In this document: one piece after another, positions 1-10,224 of the stretch | How positions within the stretch are numbered: the first letter of the stretch is position 1 | How the letters are laid out: each line of letters starts with the position of its first letter | Assembly: GCA_000004695.1 (NCBI GenBank) | Contig: CM000151.3 | Coordinates: 256,001 to 320,000 of the forward strand | Reading direction: 5' to 3' | Length of the DNA: 64,000 nt | DNA from: Dictyostelium discoideum | Lineage: Eukaryota | Notes under the pieces: generated by a model | The model's input: only the letters and a program-made list of their open reading frames with translations | The model's database searches: none | Told to the model about the DNA's origin: nothing | Position numbers and translations under genes: made by a program

Positions 1-1
1 A

Positions 2-366
2 GACCCAATAATTGAATCAATTTCAGTTACTGATTCATATGATAAATTAAATAATGGTACTGCTGAAATTAAATTAAACTATAACTCAACATATCCAATT
101 AATTTCAAAATTATTGGTACTCAATTATCCAATCAAAATGGTATATTTTCAAATTTACCACCAAAAACATATGAAGTTCAAGTTACATTAACTGATAGAA
201 TGTGTCCAATCACAATTTCACAATCATTTACAATCAATTTTAAAACATCACCAACACCACCACCACTACCACAAGATCCATCTGATGAACTTTCAACATC
301 TTCATTTATTCAATTAAATATTTTATCATTATTATTAATTTCAATTTTCACTATTTTTATTTTATA
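2..366 (+). CDS. 3' end of an upstream gene (partial, no start in window): S/T/P-rich stalk (TSPTPPPLPQDPSDELSTSS) followed by hydrophobic C-terminal tail (FIQLNILSLLLISIFTIFIL), GPI-signal-like or C-terminal TM
   Basis: Open frame from window edge to TAG at 364-366. Codon usage is non-homopolymeric, unlike the flanking AT junk. Hydrophobic C-terminus. Confidence 0.4.
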
Positions 367-635
367 GATTTAAAAAATATTACACATTACTTTTAAAAAT
401 AAAAATTTAAAAATAAAAAAATAAAAAAATATATTCCTAATTTGGGTTTATGAAAATATTTAAAAATTATTACCAAAAAAAACCAAAATTAAAAGCTACT
501 TTATAAAGAAATTATTTTGTATAATTAAATAAAAAAAAAGAAAATGTAAATTTTTGTGAATATAAAAAGAAAATTTTTTTTTTTTTTTTATTATTATAAT
601 AAATAAATAAAAAAGATAAAACAAATAATAAAAAA

Positions 636-1863
636 ATGTTTAAACAAATAATTATAGTTATTAGTTTAGTTCTTTTTGCTTTTAATCAATTGGATATTGT
701 TTCAGCTTGTAGATGTGATTCAGATTGTGAAGATTGTAATGAATGTACTTTGGATACTTGCTCTCGTGGATGTTGTTCAAATGTTGAAATAGATTGTGAC
801 GATGGTAATCAATGTACTGTAGATTCATGTTCAAAAGAGACTGGTTGTGCCCATAATGATATTAATTGTGACGATGGTGATGCTTGTACTACTGATTCAT
901 GTTCCAAATTATCTGGTTGTTGTAACTTGCCAATCTCTTGTGATGATAATGATGCTTGCACAACTGATTCTTGTTTAAATTCTACCGGTTGTTCAAATTT
1001 ACTAATCTCATGTGATGATGGAAATGCTTGTACTACTGATAGTTGCTCAAAGAAAACAGGTTGTTGTAATTTATCAATCTCTTGTGATGATGGTAATGCT
1101 TGTACAACTGATGGTTGTTCAAAGGAAACTGGTTGTACTAATTCCAATATCGATTGTGACGATGATGATTCTTGTACTACTGATTCTTGTTCAAAGAAAA
1201 CTGGTTGTTCAAATTTACCAATGTCTTGTGATGATAATGATGCTTGTACTACCGATTCATGCTTAAATTCTACTGGTTGTTCAAATTTACCAATCTCTTG
1301 TGATGATAATGATACTTGTACTACTGGTTCTTGTTCAAAATCTGCTGGTTGTTGTAATTCACCAATTTCATGTGATGATGGTAATGCTTGTACTACTGAT
1401 GGTTGTTCTAAAGAGACTGGTTGTTGTAATACACCAATTACTTGTGATGATGGTGATTTGTGTACCAATGTCTTGTGATGATAATGATGCTTGTACTACC
1501 GATTCATGCTTAAATTCTACTGGTTGTTCAAATTTACCAATCTCTTGTGATGATAATGATACTTGTACTACTGATTCTTGTTCAAAATCTGCTGGTTGTT
1601 GTAATTCACCAATTTCATGTGATGATGGTAATGCTTGTACTACTGATGGTTGTTCTAAAGAGACTGGTTGTTGTAATACACCAATTACTTGTGATGATGG
1701 TGATTTGTGTACCAATGACTCTTGCTCTGAAAAAAGTGGTTGTTGTCATACTCCAGTTTCATGTGACGATGGTGAAGATTGCACAACTGACACTTGTTCA
1801 CCAAAATTAGGATGTATTCATACCTATATCACTATTCCTGAACCTCAACCTATTGATTGTTAA
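636..1863 (+). CDS. Secreted cysteine-rich protein built of ~10 tandem 24-aa (72-bp) repeats of Dicty_CTDC type (xxACTTDSCSKxTGCxNLPISCDD). Signal peptide MFKQIIIVISLVLFAFNQLDIVSA. Reading frame breaks at 1466 (frame 636..1478 continues in frame 1300..1863).
   Basis: ORFs 636..1478 and 1300..1863 encode the same repeat in two frames. The repeat architecture matches the 24-residue Cys-rich repeats of Dictyostelium extracellular matrix, stalk and spore-coat proteins (EcmA/EcmB class). Confidence 0.55.
1221..1714 (+). repeat. 247-bp direct tandem duplication (copy 1 ~1221-1467, copy 2 ~1468-1714). The period is not a multiple of 3, so it causes the frameshift in the Cys-repeat gene.
   Basis: accaATGtcttgtgatgataatgatgcttgtactaccgattcatgcttaaattc... 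recurs exactly 247 bp later. At the junction the first copy reads LPMSCDD in frame, whereas the second copy reads CTNVL-stop. Confidence 0.7.
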
Positions 1864-2016
1864 TAAATTACAAATGAAAAAAAATATTAATAAAAAAAAA
1901 AAAAAAAATTCAAAATTTTTTACTTTTTTTTGGCGGTCAATTTTTTTTTTTTTTTTTTTTCAGACATTTTTTATCGTCAACTTCATTACTCCAACACATA
2001 ATTTATACAAATAATA

Positions 2017-3749
2017 ATGTCAACAAGTAAAAAAATTAAAACAGATAATAATAAAATATTACAAGATGTGATTGATTATGAAATTTTAAAATCTTTAATA
2101 AATTATTTATTAATCAGCAAAAATAATAAAACAAATTATAATAATACTATTAATCAATATAAAATTAATAAATTTTATTTAAATAGAAATGAAATATTAA
2201 ATTATATATTAGTTTCAAAAAAGTGGTATAATTTTATATCATCAACAATATCAAATAATATTATTGATAATAAATCATTTGAACATTGGTTAAAAATTAA
2301 TTATAATAAAAATAAATCATTTATTGAAAATTACAATAACCAAAATCAATATGATAAAAATAATTTAATTTTTAATGACAAAGAAGATAATCAAAATAAA
2401 ATTAGTTTTAATAAAGAGTTTTCAATTATAAAAATCAAAGAATCAATAATCAATGATTATTTTAAATTCAATTTATTTTTAGATGATATTACAATTGATG
2501 ATTTTAAAGAAATTAAAAATAAATTTGAAAATAATCAATTACTTTATAATAGAATTGTAGTTAATGTTAAAACTGGTTATGAAGGGAATCAAGACGATAG
2601 TATTTTATTCGAAATACATGAATATATATCAAATGAAAATTCAGAAAACATATCAAATTTATTTAAAATATTAGAATTAAATTATAATTATTTGGAAATT
2701 GAGGGCTATAATCCAAGCTCTGAAGAAGATGATGATGAAAGTAATAAGAAATGTACTGAATTATATTTAAATAATTTATCAATTGCTGGTGTTGATAGAG
2801 ATGTAGGTGAAGATGAAGAAACAGTAAAGATATTCAAAATTTTCAAAGGTAAAAATTTAATTTATGATGGATCTGATGTTGCTTGTGATTGTCCAACACA
2901 TGTCGATTATTCAGCATTATTTGATCCAAATAATTCAGGTCAACAAGTTGAATCAATTAAAGTACAAAATAGATTAGATGGTGGTGAATATGTCGAAGCA
3001 CGTCATTTAATCAAAGTTAATCAATTTGAAAATTTACATTCAATTACAATACCAATTAATTCATTTCAAATATTATCAAACCTATCTGAAGAAATGGGAT
3101 TTAATAGTTTCTATAGTAATAGTACAGATTCAGGTAATTCAGAAAATATGAAATCCGAATTAAACCAAATGATTAATTCATTCATTACAAGTAAATCTTT
3201 AAAGAATTTAAATATATCATCCATAGAAAAAGAAGATTCAATTTATAGTGATGATTATGATGATGATGAAACTTTTGCTAATAATATTAATGAAACTATA
3301 GAATCATTTTCAAATTCATTTATACCATTATTTTCAGAATCAAATACATCAATTGAAAGAATTGAATTTGATTGTTGTGGTTTATTAAATATTAATACAT
3401 TTTCAAATTTATTAAAAAACAAATCAATTAAATATTTATATTTATATGATAATAGTGATTTCATTGTTTACTCTTCAAAACAAACTGGTCGTGGTGGTAA
3501 TGATTTACATAAAGAACCTATTTCAATTAATCAATATTTATTTGATAATATATTTTCATCGCCATTAACATCAATTAGACATTATAAAATTAATATCAAA
3601 GAATCAAATCAATTCAAATTAATATTTAATTTAATATTAAATAATATTTTTAAATTACAATTATATTCATTAATATTTGAATTAAATGAAAATGAGTTAG
3701 TTGGTGAATTTGTTAAAGAATTTAAAAATTTAATAAATAATATTTCAAT

Positions 3750-3786
<37 letters not shown>

Positions 3787-3915
3787 AAAGAATCAAATAT
3801 AAATTTAAAAGAAATTAAAATTAAAATCGGAGATGATGAATATATTCCTGAATTAAATAATATTAATAATCCATATTTCACAACAGTAATAAAGAAATTA
3901 CCAAAAAAAAATTAA
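2017..3915 (+). CDS. Tandem-family paralogue (632 aa): MSTSKKIKTDNN... protein with F-box-like N-terminus (candidate), LRR-like conserved blocks, acidic and polyQ cassettes
   Basis: Intact ORF. Conserved blocks shared with the other array members: DPxNSGQQVESIKV, EARHLIKVNQFENLHSITIPINSFQILSNLSEEMGF, NMKSELNQMINSFITSKSLKNL, SFxPLFSExNTSIERIEFDC, INTFSNLLxNKSIKYLYLY, PLTSIRHYKI, FNLILNNIFKLQLYSLIFE, NPYFTTVIKK. Confidence 0.8.
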
Positions 3916-4279
3916 ATAAATAATATTGGTTAATGAAAATTAATTATTATAAATAGTTTTAATAAAATTTTATTATTATTATTGGTTTTTATTGGTATTA
4001 TTATTTTTTTTTAATTTTTTAATTATTAACCATTTAGATATTAATAAAAAAAAAAAAAAATTTAAGCCCCAATTTAATTGAAAAAAAAAAATATATTTTT
4101 AAAAATATCTTTTTTTTTAGATATTAATAAAAAAAAAAAATAAAAAAATAAAAAAAAAAAAGTTTTTTTGGATAATTTTGAGAGAAAAAAAAAAAGTGAA
4201 GCTTTCATTTTTTTTTTTTTTTTTTTTTTGCTTAAAATTCATCATTCTAAAACACACTTTATTATTTAAACAAATAATA

Positions 4280-6361
4280 ATGCCAAAAAATAAAAAAATA
4301 AAAACAGATAAAAATAATAAAATATTTCAAGATGTTATTGAATTTGAAATTTTAAGATCAATAATCAATTATTTATTAATCAGCAAAAAAAAAAAAAAAA
4401 ATAATAATTATAATACTAGTAGTCAATATAAAATTAATAAATTTTATTTAAATAGAAATGAAATATTAAATTATATATTAGTTTCAAAAAAGTGGTATAA
4501 TTTTATATCATTAACAATATCAAATAATATTATTAATAATAAATTATTTGAATATTGGTTAAAAATTAATTATTACAATAAATCATTTATTGAAAATTAT
4601 AATAATCAAAATAAATATGATAAATATAATTTATTTTTCAATAACATAGAAGATTGCAAAAATAAAATTAGTTTTAATAAAGAGTTTTCAATTATAAAAA
4701 TCAAAGAATCAATAATCAATGATTATTTTAAATTCAATTTATTTTCAAATCATATTACAATTGATGATTTTAAAGAAATTAAAAACAAATTTGAAAATAA
4801 TCAATTACTTTATAATAGAATTGTAGTTAATCTTGAAACTGATTATGGTAGCGATGATGATGATATTTTATTTACAATACATGAATATATATCAAATGAA
4901 AATTGGGAAATCATATCAAATTTATTTAAAATAATAGAATTAAATTTTCATTTTTGGTTAGGTGAAGGTTATCAACCAAAATCTGAGGAGGAGGAGGAGG
5001 AGGAAGAGGAGGAGGAGGAGGAAGATCATCATGATACTGATGAATGTTGTAGTCCAAAATCTGAGGAAGACGATCATGATGAACATTGTAGTCCAAAATC
5101 CAAAGAGGATGATGATCATGACGAAGGTTGTCACCCAAAATCTGAAGAGGAGGAGGAGGAGGAGGAGGATGATCTTGATGATGAAGGTAATAAGAAATGT
5201 ACTGAATTATATTTAAATAGTTTAACAGTTGTTGGGTATGATCAAGATGTAGTTGAAGATGAAGAAACAGTAAAGATATTCAAAATTTTCAAAGGTAAAA
5301 ATTTATTTTATGATGGATCTGGTGATTCAATTGATACGTATACACATGTCAATTATTCAGCATTATTTGATCCAGATAATTCAGGTCAACAAGTTGAATC
5401 AATTAATGTACAAATTGAAACTATTAATGAAGAATTCGTTGAAGCACGTCATTTAATCAAAGTTAATCAATTTGAAAATTTACATTCAATTACAATACCA
5501 ATTAGCTCTTTTCAAATATTATCAAGTTTAGCGAAAGAAATGGGATTTACTAGTTTCTATTATAATAGTAAATCAGAATTTGGTAATTCAAAAAATATGA
5601 AATCAGAATTAAATCAAATGATCAATTCATTCGTTACATGTAAATCTTTAAAGAATTTAAAAATAACATCGGTAAATTTAACAGATTATCATATCAACTA
5701 TGAAGGTTATTATGATGGAAATGGAGATCTTGAAATTTTTGCTAATAAAATAAATGAAACTATAGAATCATATTCAAATTCATTCCAACCATTATTTTCA
5801 GAATTAAATACATCAATTGAAAGAATTGAATTAGATTGTATGCGTTTATTAAATATCAATACATTTTCAAATTTATTAAATAATAAATCAATTAAATATT
5901 TATATTTGTATGGTGATAGTGATTTCATTGTTTACTCTTCAAAATCAAGTGGTTATGGTGGTGGTAGTGAATTACATGAAGAATCTATTTCAATTAATCA
6001 ATTTTTATTTGAAAATATATTTACATCACCATTAACATCAATTAGACATTATAAAATTTGTTTCAAATTATCAAATCAATTAAGATTAATATTTAATTTA
6101 ATTTTAAATAATATTTTCAAATTACAATTATATTCATTAATATTTGAATTCGATGAAAACAAATTAGTTGGCGAATTTGTTAAAGAATTTAAAAATTTAA
6201 TAAATAGTATTCCAACTCAAATACAACAAAAATCAAATAACATAAATTTAAAAGAAATTAAAATTAAAATTGAAGATGATGAATATATTCCTGAATTAAA
6301 TAATATTAATAATCCGTATTTCACAACAATAATAAAGAAAATAGAAAAAAAATATGATTAA
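4280..6361 (+). CDS. Tandem-family paralogue (~693 aa from MPKNKKIKTDKNNKIF). Carries an expanded acidic cassette with (GAG)n poly-E and His/Cys-containing repeats HDTDECCSPKSEEDDHDEHCSPKSKEDDDHDEGCHPKSEEEE.
   Basis: ORF 4178..6361, but the upstream part (MREKKKVKLSFFFF...) is poly-T low complexity. The paralogue-conserved start is ATG 4280-4282, preceded by the ...aaacaaataata motif. Confidence 0.8.
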   Translation: MPKNKKIKTDKNNKIFQDVIEFEILRSIINYLLISKKKKKNNNYNTSSQYKINKFYLNRNEILNYILVSKKWYNFISLTISNNIINNKLFEYWLKINYYNKSFIENYNNQNKYDKYNLFFNNIEDCKNKISFNKEFSIIKIKESIINDYFKFNLFSNHITIDDFKEIKNKFENNQLLYNRIVVNLETDYGSDDDDILFTIHEYISNENWEIISNLFKIIELNFHFWLGEGYQPKSEEEEEEEEEEEEEDHHDTDECCSPKSEEDDHDEHCSPKSKEDDDHDEGCHPKSEEEEEEEEDDLDDEGNKKCTELYLNSLTVVGYDQDVVEDEETVKIFKIFKGKNLFYDGSGDSIDTYTHVNYSALFDPDNSGQQVESINVQIETINEEFVEARHLIKVNQFENLHSITIPISSFQILSSLAKEMGFTSFYYNSKSEFGNSKNMKSELNQMINSFVTCKSLKNLKITSVNLTDYHINYEGYYDGNGDLEIFANKINETIESYSNSFQPLFSELNTSIERIELDCMRLLNINTFSNLLNNKSIKYLYLYGDSDFIVYSSKSSGYGGGSELHEESISINQFLFENIFTSPLTSIRHYKICFKLSNQLRLIFNLILNNIFKLQLYSLIFEFDENKLVGEFVKEFKNLINSIPTQIQQKSNNINLKEIKIKIEDDEYIPELNNINNPYFTTIIKKIEKKYD

Positions 6362-6845
6362 AAAAAAAATAAAAAATAAAAAAAAAATAAAAAAGTGAAA
6401 TAATTTTTTATTTTTATTTTTTTTTTTTAAATAAAGATGTGGTTTCTCAATATTGAGAAGTTTTTTATTTTTTTTTTGAAAATTCTTTTTTTTTTTTTCC
6501 ATTATGGGAGGTCAATTTTTTTTCCAATTTTTTTTATTTTTTTTTATTTTTTTTTTTTATTTTTTTTTTTTAAATCGAATTTTTTACTTTTTTTTTATTT
6601 TTTTCTTTATTTTTGGTAAACATAAAAAAAGAGATATCAAATAGAAAAAAAAAAAAGTTATAAAAAAAAGAGAAATTAATTGTAATCATTTATTAATTAA
6701 ACATAAAGTTATTTTTTTTTTTTTTTTTTTTTTTTTATTCCAATTAATCCCATTTTTATTTTTCATAATAATTTTTATTTCCTTTTTAAAGTCTCATAAA
6801 AAAAAAAATTTAGAATTTGTTGGTCACTCTTTATAATTTAAACAA

Positions 6846-8050
6846 AAAATAATAATAATATCAACAAGTAAAAAAATAAAAACAGATAATAAAATATTTC
6901 AAGATCTGATTGATTTTGAAATTTTAAGATCCATAACCAATTATTTATTAACTAGCAAAAAAAAAATTAATAATAATAATAATATTAATAATATTAATAA
7001 TTTAAATAATAATAATATTATTAATCAATAAAATTAATAAATTTTATTTAAATAGAAATGAAATATTAAATTATATATTAGTTTCAAAAAAGTTGTATAA
7101 TTTTATATCATTAACAATATCAAATAATATTATTAATAATAAATCATTTGAACATTGGTTAAAAACTAATTATAATAATAATAAATCATTTATTGAAAAT
7201 TATAAAAATCAAAATCAATATGATAAAAATAAAATATTTTATAGCAAAGAAGATTATAATCAATATAAAATTAGTTTTAATAAAGAGTTTTCAACTATAA
7301 AAATCAAAGAATCAATAATCAATGATTATTTTAAATTCAATTTATTTTTAGATAAGCTTACAATTGGTGATATTATAGATATTAAAAATAAATTTGAAAA
7401 TAATCAATTGGTTTATAATAGAATTGTAGTTTATATTAAAACTGATGATGATTGGTTTCCATAATGTGATAATTTATTAAAATATTTAAAATACACGAAT
7501 ATGTATCAAATGGAAATTCAGAAATCATATGAAATTTATTTCAAATATTAGAATTAAATTATGGTTTTAGGTTGCGTAATGGCTATGATCCAAATCTGAA
7601 AGGGTATATTATGATGATAAAGGTAATAAGAAATCAACTGCTGAGTTATATTTTAATAATTTATCAATTGCTGGTAATAGATTTGCAGATGAAGATAACA
7701 AAACAGTCATGGTATTCAAAATATTCAAAGGTAAAAAATTATTTTATAATAAAACTTGTAGATATAGGTCAACACATGTCAATTGTTCATCATTATTTGG
7801 TCCAGATATTTCAGGTCAACAAGTTAAATCAATTGATTTATAAATTCGGTTTGGGAATTTGTTTATGAATTTAAAAATTTAATAAATAATATTTCAATTC
7901 AACAAAAACAACAACAAGAATCAAAACATAAATTTAAAAGAAATTAAAATTAAAATTGTAGTTGATAAATATGAAAAATTTCAAGAACTAAATTATTTTA
8001 AAAATCCATATTTCGCAATAGTAATAAAGAAATTACCAAAATGGTGGTAA
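6846..8050 (+). pseudogene. Decayed copy of the tandem family: family promoter motif present but ATG mutated (ATA), multiple stops and frameshifts, internal deletions
   Basis: tcactctttataatttaaacaaaaaataataataatATCAACAAGT at ~6836. ORF 7093..7464 encodes YNFISLTISNNIINNKSFEHWLK...NRIVVYIKT. Downstream fragments GNKKSTAELYFNNLSIAG, SGQQVKSID and NPYFAIVIKKLPKWW-stop lie in shifted frames. Confidence 0.75.
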
Positions 8051-8271
8051 CCTTAAAAGATAAAAAATAAATTTCTAAAAGCTAAAGATATATTTATGAC
8101 AGACATCCCTAGGAAAATATTTACAAAAAAAAAAAAAAAATAGAAAATAATATTATAGTATATTATTATTAATTTTTACACTTAATATTATTTATTATTA
8201 ATAAAAATATTATTATTTATTTGAATTAATTTGATTTGATTTAATTTGATTTATTTTTATAATCTTTAACA

Positions 8272-9460
8272 TCAATTAGGTCCATTTGAACAAAGTCTCA
8301 TTGTTTCTTTAATAAAGGCAACGATATAAGGGGCATTTTGTTTATGATTGAAATTGACATATTCATCATCTTTGACAGCTTTTTTAATTTCTAGATATGC
8401 AATCTCTTGAGGTTCTGGACGATTACATAATTGTAAAATTACCCAATTCATTGTGATTGTAACTGTACCAATGGCTGGTCCAAAAATATCAAAACAAATT
8501 TGATTGATTTTCATTGTATCTTCTTTAGTGATTTCATTTAATCCATATTCAATTAACAAATCATCCATTAAATCTCTTGGTTTACTTGGATCAATTGACT
8601 TAAAATGATTTTCATTTTGACTACTAATTATTTGTCTAACGATATCGCAACCTTTTAATCTTCTAGTAAAGAACCAATCATAAAGTGGTGAGAAAATTTC
8701 AAAACAATCAAATGCAGTTAGTTTTGAAAGATTACCAAAAACATGTTCAACTGCATTACCAATAGTTCTTGACAAGCCACTTTCAACTGATAAATCTTGA
8801 TTAAACATATATTTGAATAACATTGAACAAGCATATCCTTGAATATGTCCTTTTGGATAAAACTTAAAATAATTATTTAATAAATTAATATTAATAATTT
8901 TAATTGTAATTATTATTTCTTTAAAAAAAAACCTATAATTTCATTATTATTCGAAATTTTTTCAAGTGAATCAATAAATTCAATTGCTTTTTCTTCCATT
9001 AATTTTTTAGATGTATGAACTCTTAATTATTAAGAAACACTTGATTTTGCTCTTTTCCATTCGTCATCAGATGAGCTCATTACACCTAATCCATTACTTG
9101 AAGCATATCTCCAACCTGGAACTAAAAGTGATGGTTTGTAAAGGAAATTTTCATCTTTTTGAAAATACTTTACATCATAATTTGAGACAAATAAAAATAA
9201 TCTTTCTCCAATCCATGCTCTTACAATTAATTCATGTTCTTGAATTTTGAATAATTCCCAAAATCTAATTTGAACAACATTTCCAAGAATAGGAAATGCA
9301 ATTGGTCCACTTGGAGATTTTGTATGAATTTTCTTATTTTTTTTAACCTTTTTTTTTTTTGTAAAGAATTAATTAATTAATTTTAATTATTTCTAAAATA
9401 TATAAAATTAAATACATACAAAATCTTTTACCAAGAAAAGTATAATTAGAATAATAAAAC
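8272..9460 (-). pseudogene. Cytochrome P450 remnant. N-terminal anchor and Pro-rich hinge (PSGPIAFPILGN), WKRAK motif, I-helix-like GPAIGTVTIT and K-helix ETMRL are present. In-frame TAATAA (plus 9036-9041) sits after ...KSSVS. No PERF or heme-binding Cys region is present before the gene ends at 8272.
   Basis: Minus-strand translation of 9340..9040 gives KNKKIHTKSPSGPIAFPILGNVVQIRFWELFKIQEHELIVRAWIGERLFLFVSNYDVKYFQKDENFLYKPSLLVPGWRYASSNGLGVMSSSDDEWKRAKSSVS. ORF 8272..8823 gives ...DIFGPAIGTVTITMNWVILQLCNRPEPQE...VAFIKETMRLCSNGPN-stop. Introns with GT..AG at 8863-8932. Only AT-rich non-coding DNA follows until the family pseudogene at 8050. Confidence 0.6.
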
Positions 9461-10129
9461 ATTAACTATTTCCATTTCTCTTAATAATATAGTATTACTT
9501 TTTTTTTTTTTTCTTAACAATTTTTTTTTTTTTTTTCAAATATACTTAACAACAATTTTTTTTAAATGGAAGGTTTATTTTTGTTTTTATCTTTTATTTA
9601 TTTTTTTATTTTTTTATTTTTTATGAATTAATCACCAACAATTAATTGGTGAGTCGATTAATTAAAAGATCAATTACAGGTAAAAAAAGATAATCTGAAA
9701 AATAAAAAAATTTTAAGTGGTTCAATCACAAATTTTATTACTAAAAAAAAAATTAAAAAAAGTTAAACCTTTTTTTGACTTTTTATAAAAAACAAAAATG
9801 ATATTATAAAAAAGGTGTGGGTAATTAATTTAAATTAAAAAAACTAAAAAAAAAAACAAAAAATAAAAAAAACAAAAATAAAAAAAAACAAAAAATAAAA
9901 AAAAACAAATTTTACCCCAAAATTAAGATCTTACAAGTGGTGCATTCCAATAAAATTTTTTTTTTTTTTTTTTTTTTGAATGATTATCTGTTGGCAATTG
10001 TCAAAATTTTTATTAAATGGTGGTTATTTAATTTAAAGGAAAAAATAAAATAAAATAGATAAAATAAAAAATGGTGGTTATTTAATTTAAAGGTAAAAAA
10101 AAATATTACTTAATTAAATATTTCGAAAG

Positions 10130-10160
<31 letters not shown>

Positions 10161-10224
10161 CTTAATTAAATAATTCATTTCAATAGTTACAAGTTTTATA
10201 ATAAATATATAATTGAAATCTAAA

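Noticed and set aside
809-1810. ORFs 809..1468(-), 1012..1266(+), 1368..1715(-) and 1547..1810(+), overlapping the Cys-repeat gene
   Set aside because: These are alternative-frame readings of the 72-bp periodic repeat and produce MMVMLV/QPVSFEQ low-complexity. Only the Cys-spacing frame matches the known CTDC architecture and has a signal peptide.
3255-3881. Antisense ORFs inside family genes (3255..3464, 3609..3881, 5710..5928, 24776..24976, 28200..28382, 28521..28721, 30488..30685, 34116..34328, 42898..43107, 43216..43407, 44037..44267, 44409..44606), many conserved between copies (MKSLLSYKYKYLIDLLFNKFENVLIFNKP...)
   Set aside because: They are the reverse complement of conserved sense-strand blocks. 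Poly-C stretches are just antisense (CAA)n. Their conservation is inherited from the sense gene. They have no independent start context and no signal beyond that of the host gene.
4178-4279. Upstream extension of gene 4280..6361 (MREKKKVKLSFFFFFFFCLKFIIL...)
   Set aside because: Poly-T/poly-A low complexity. Paralogue alignment and the conserved upstream motif place the start at ATG 4280.
6296-6619. Poly-F/poly-K ORFs in homopolymer-rich intergenics (6296..6502, 6437..6619, 17013..17195, 19189..19416, 19249..19449, 40989..41225, 41123..41326, 45964..46185, 53256..53438, 47622..47816, 49550..49744, 51098..51346)
   Set aside because: These are translations of A/T homopolymers and AT microsatellites. 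They have no codon structure and several lie inside transposon termini.
9011-9250. Plus-strand ORF 9011..9250 (MYELLIIKKHLILLFSIRHQMSSLHLIHYLKH...)
   Set aside because: It overlaps the minus-strand P450 exon whose translation shows clear P450 motifs. The plus-strand ORF is the antisense artefact.
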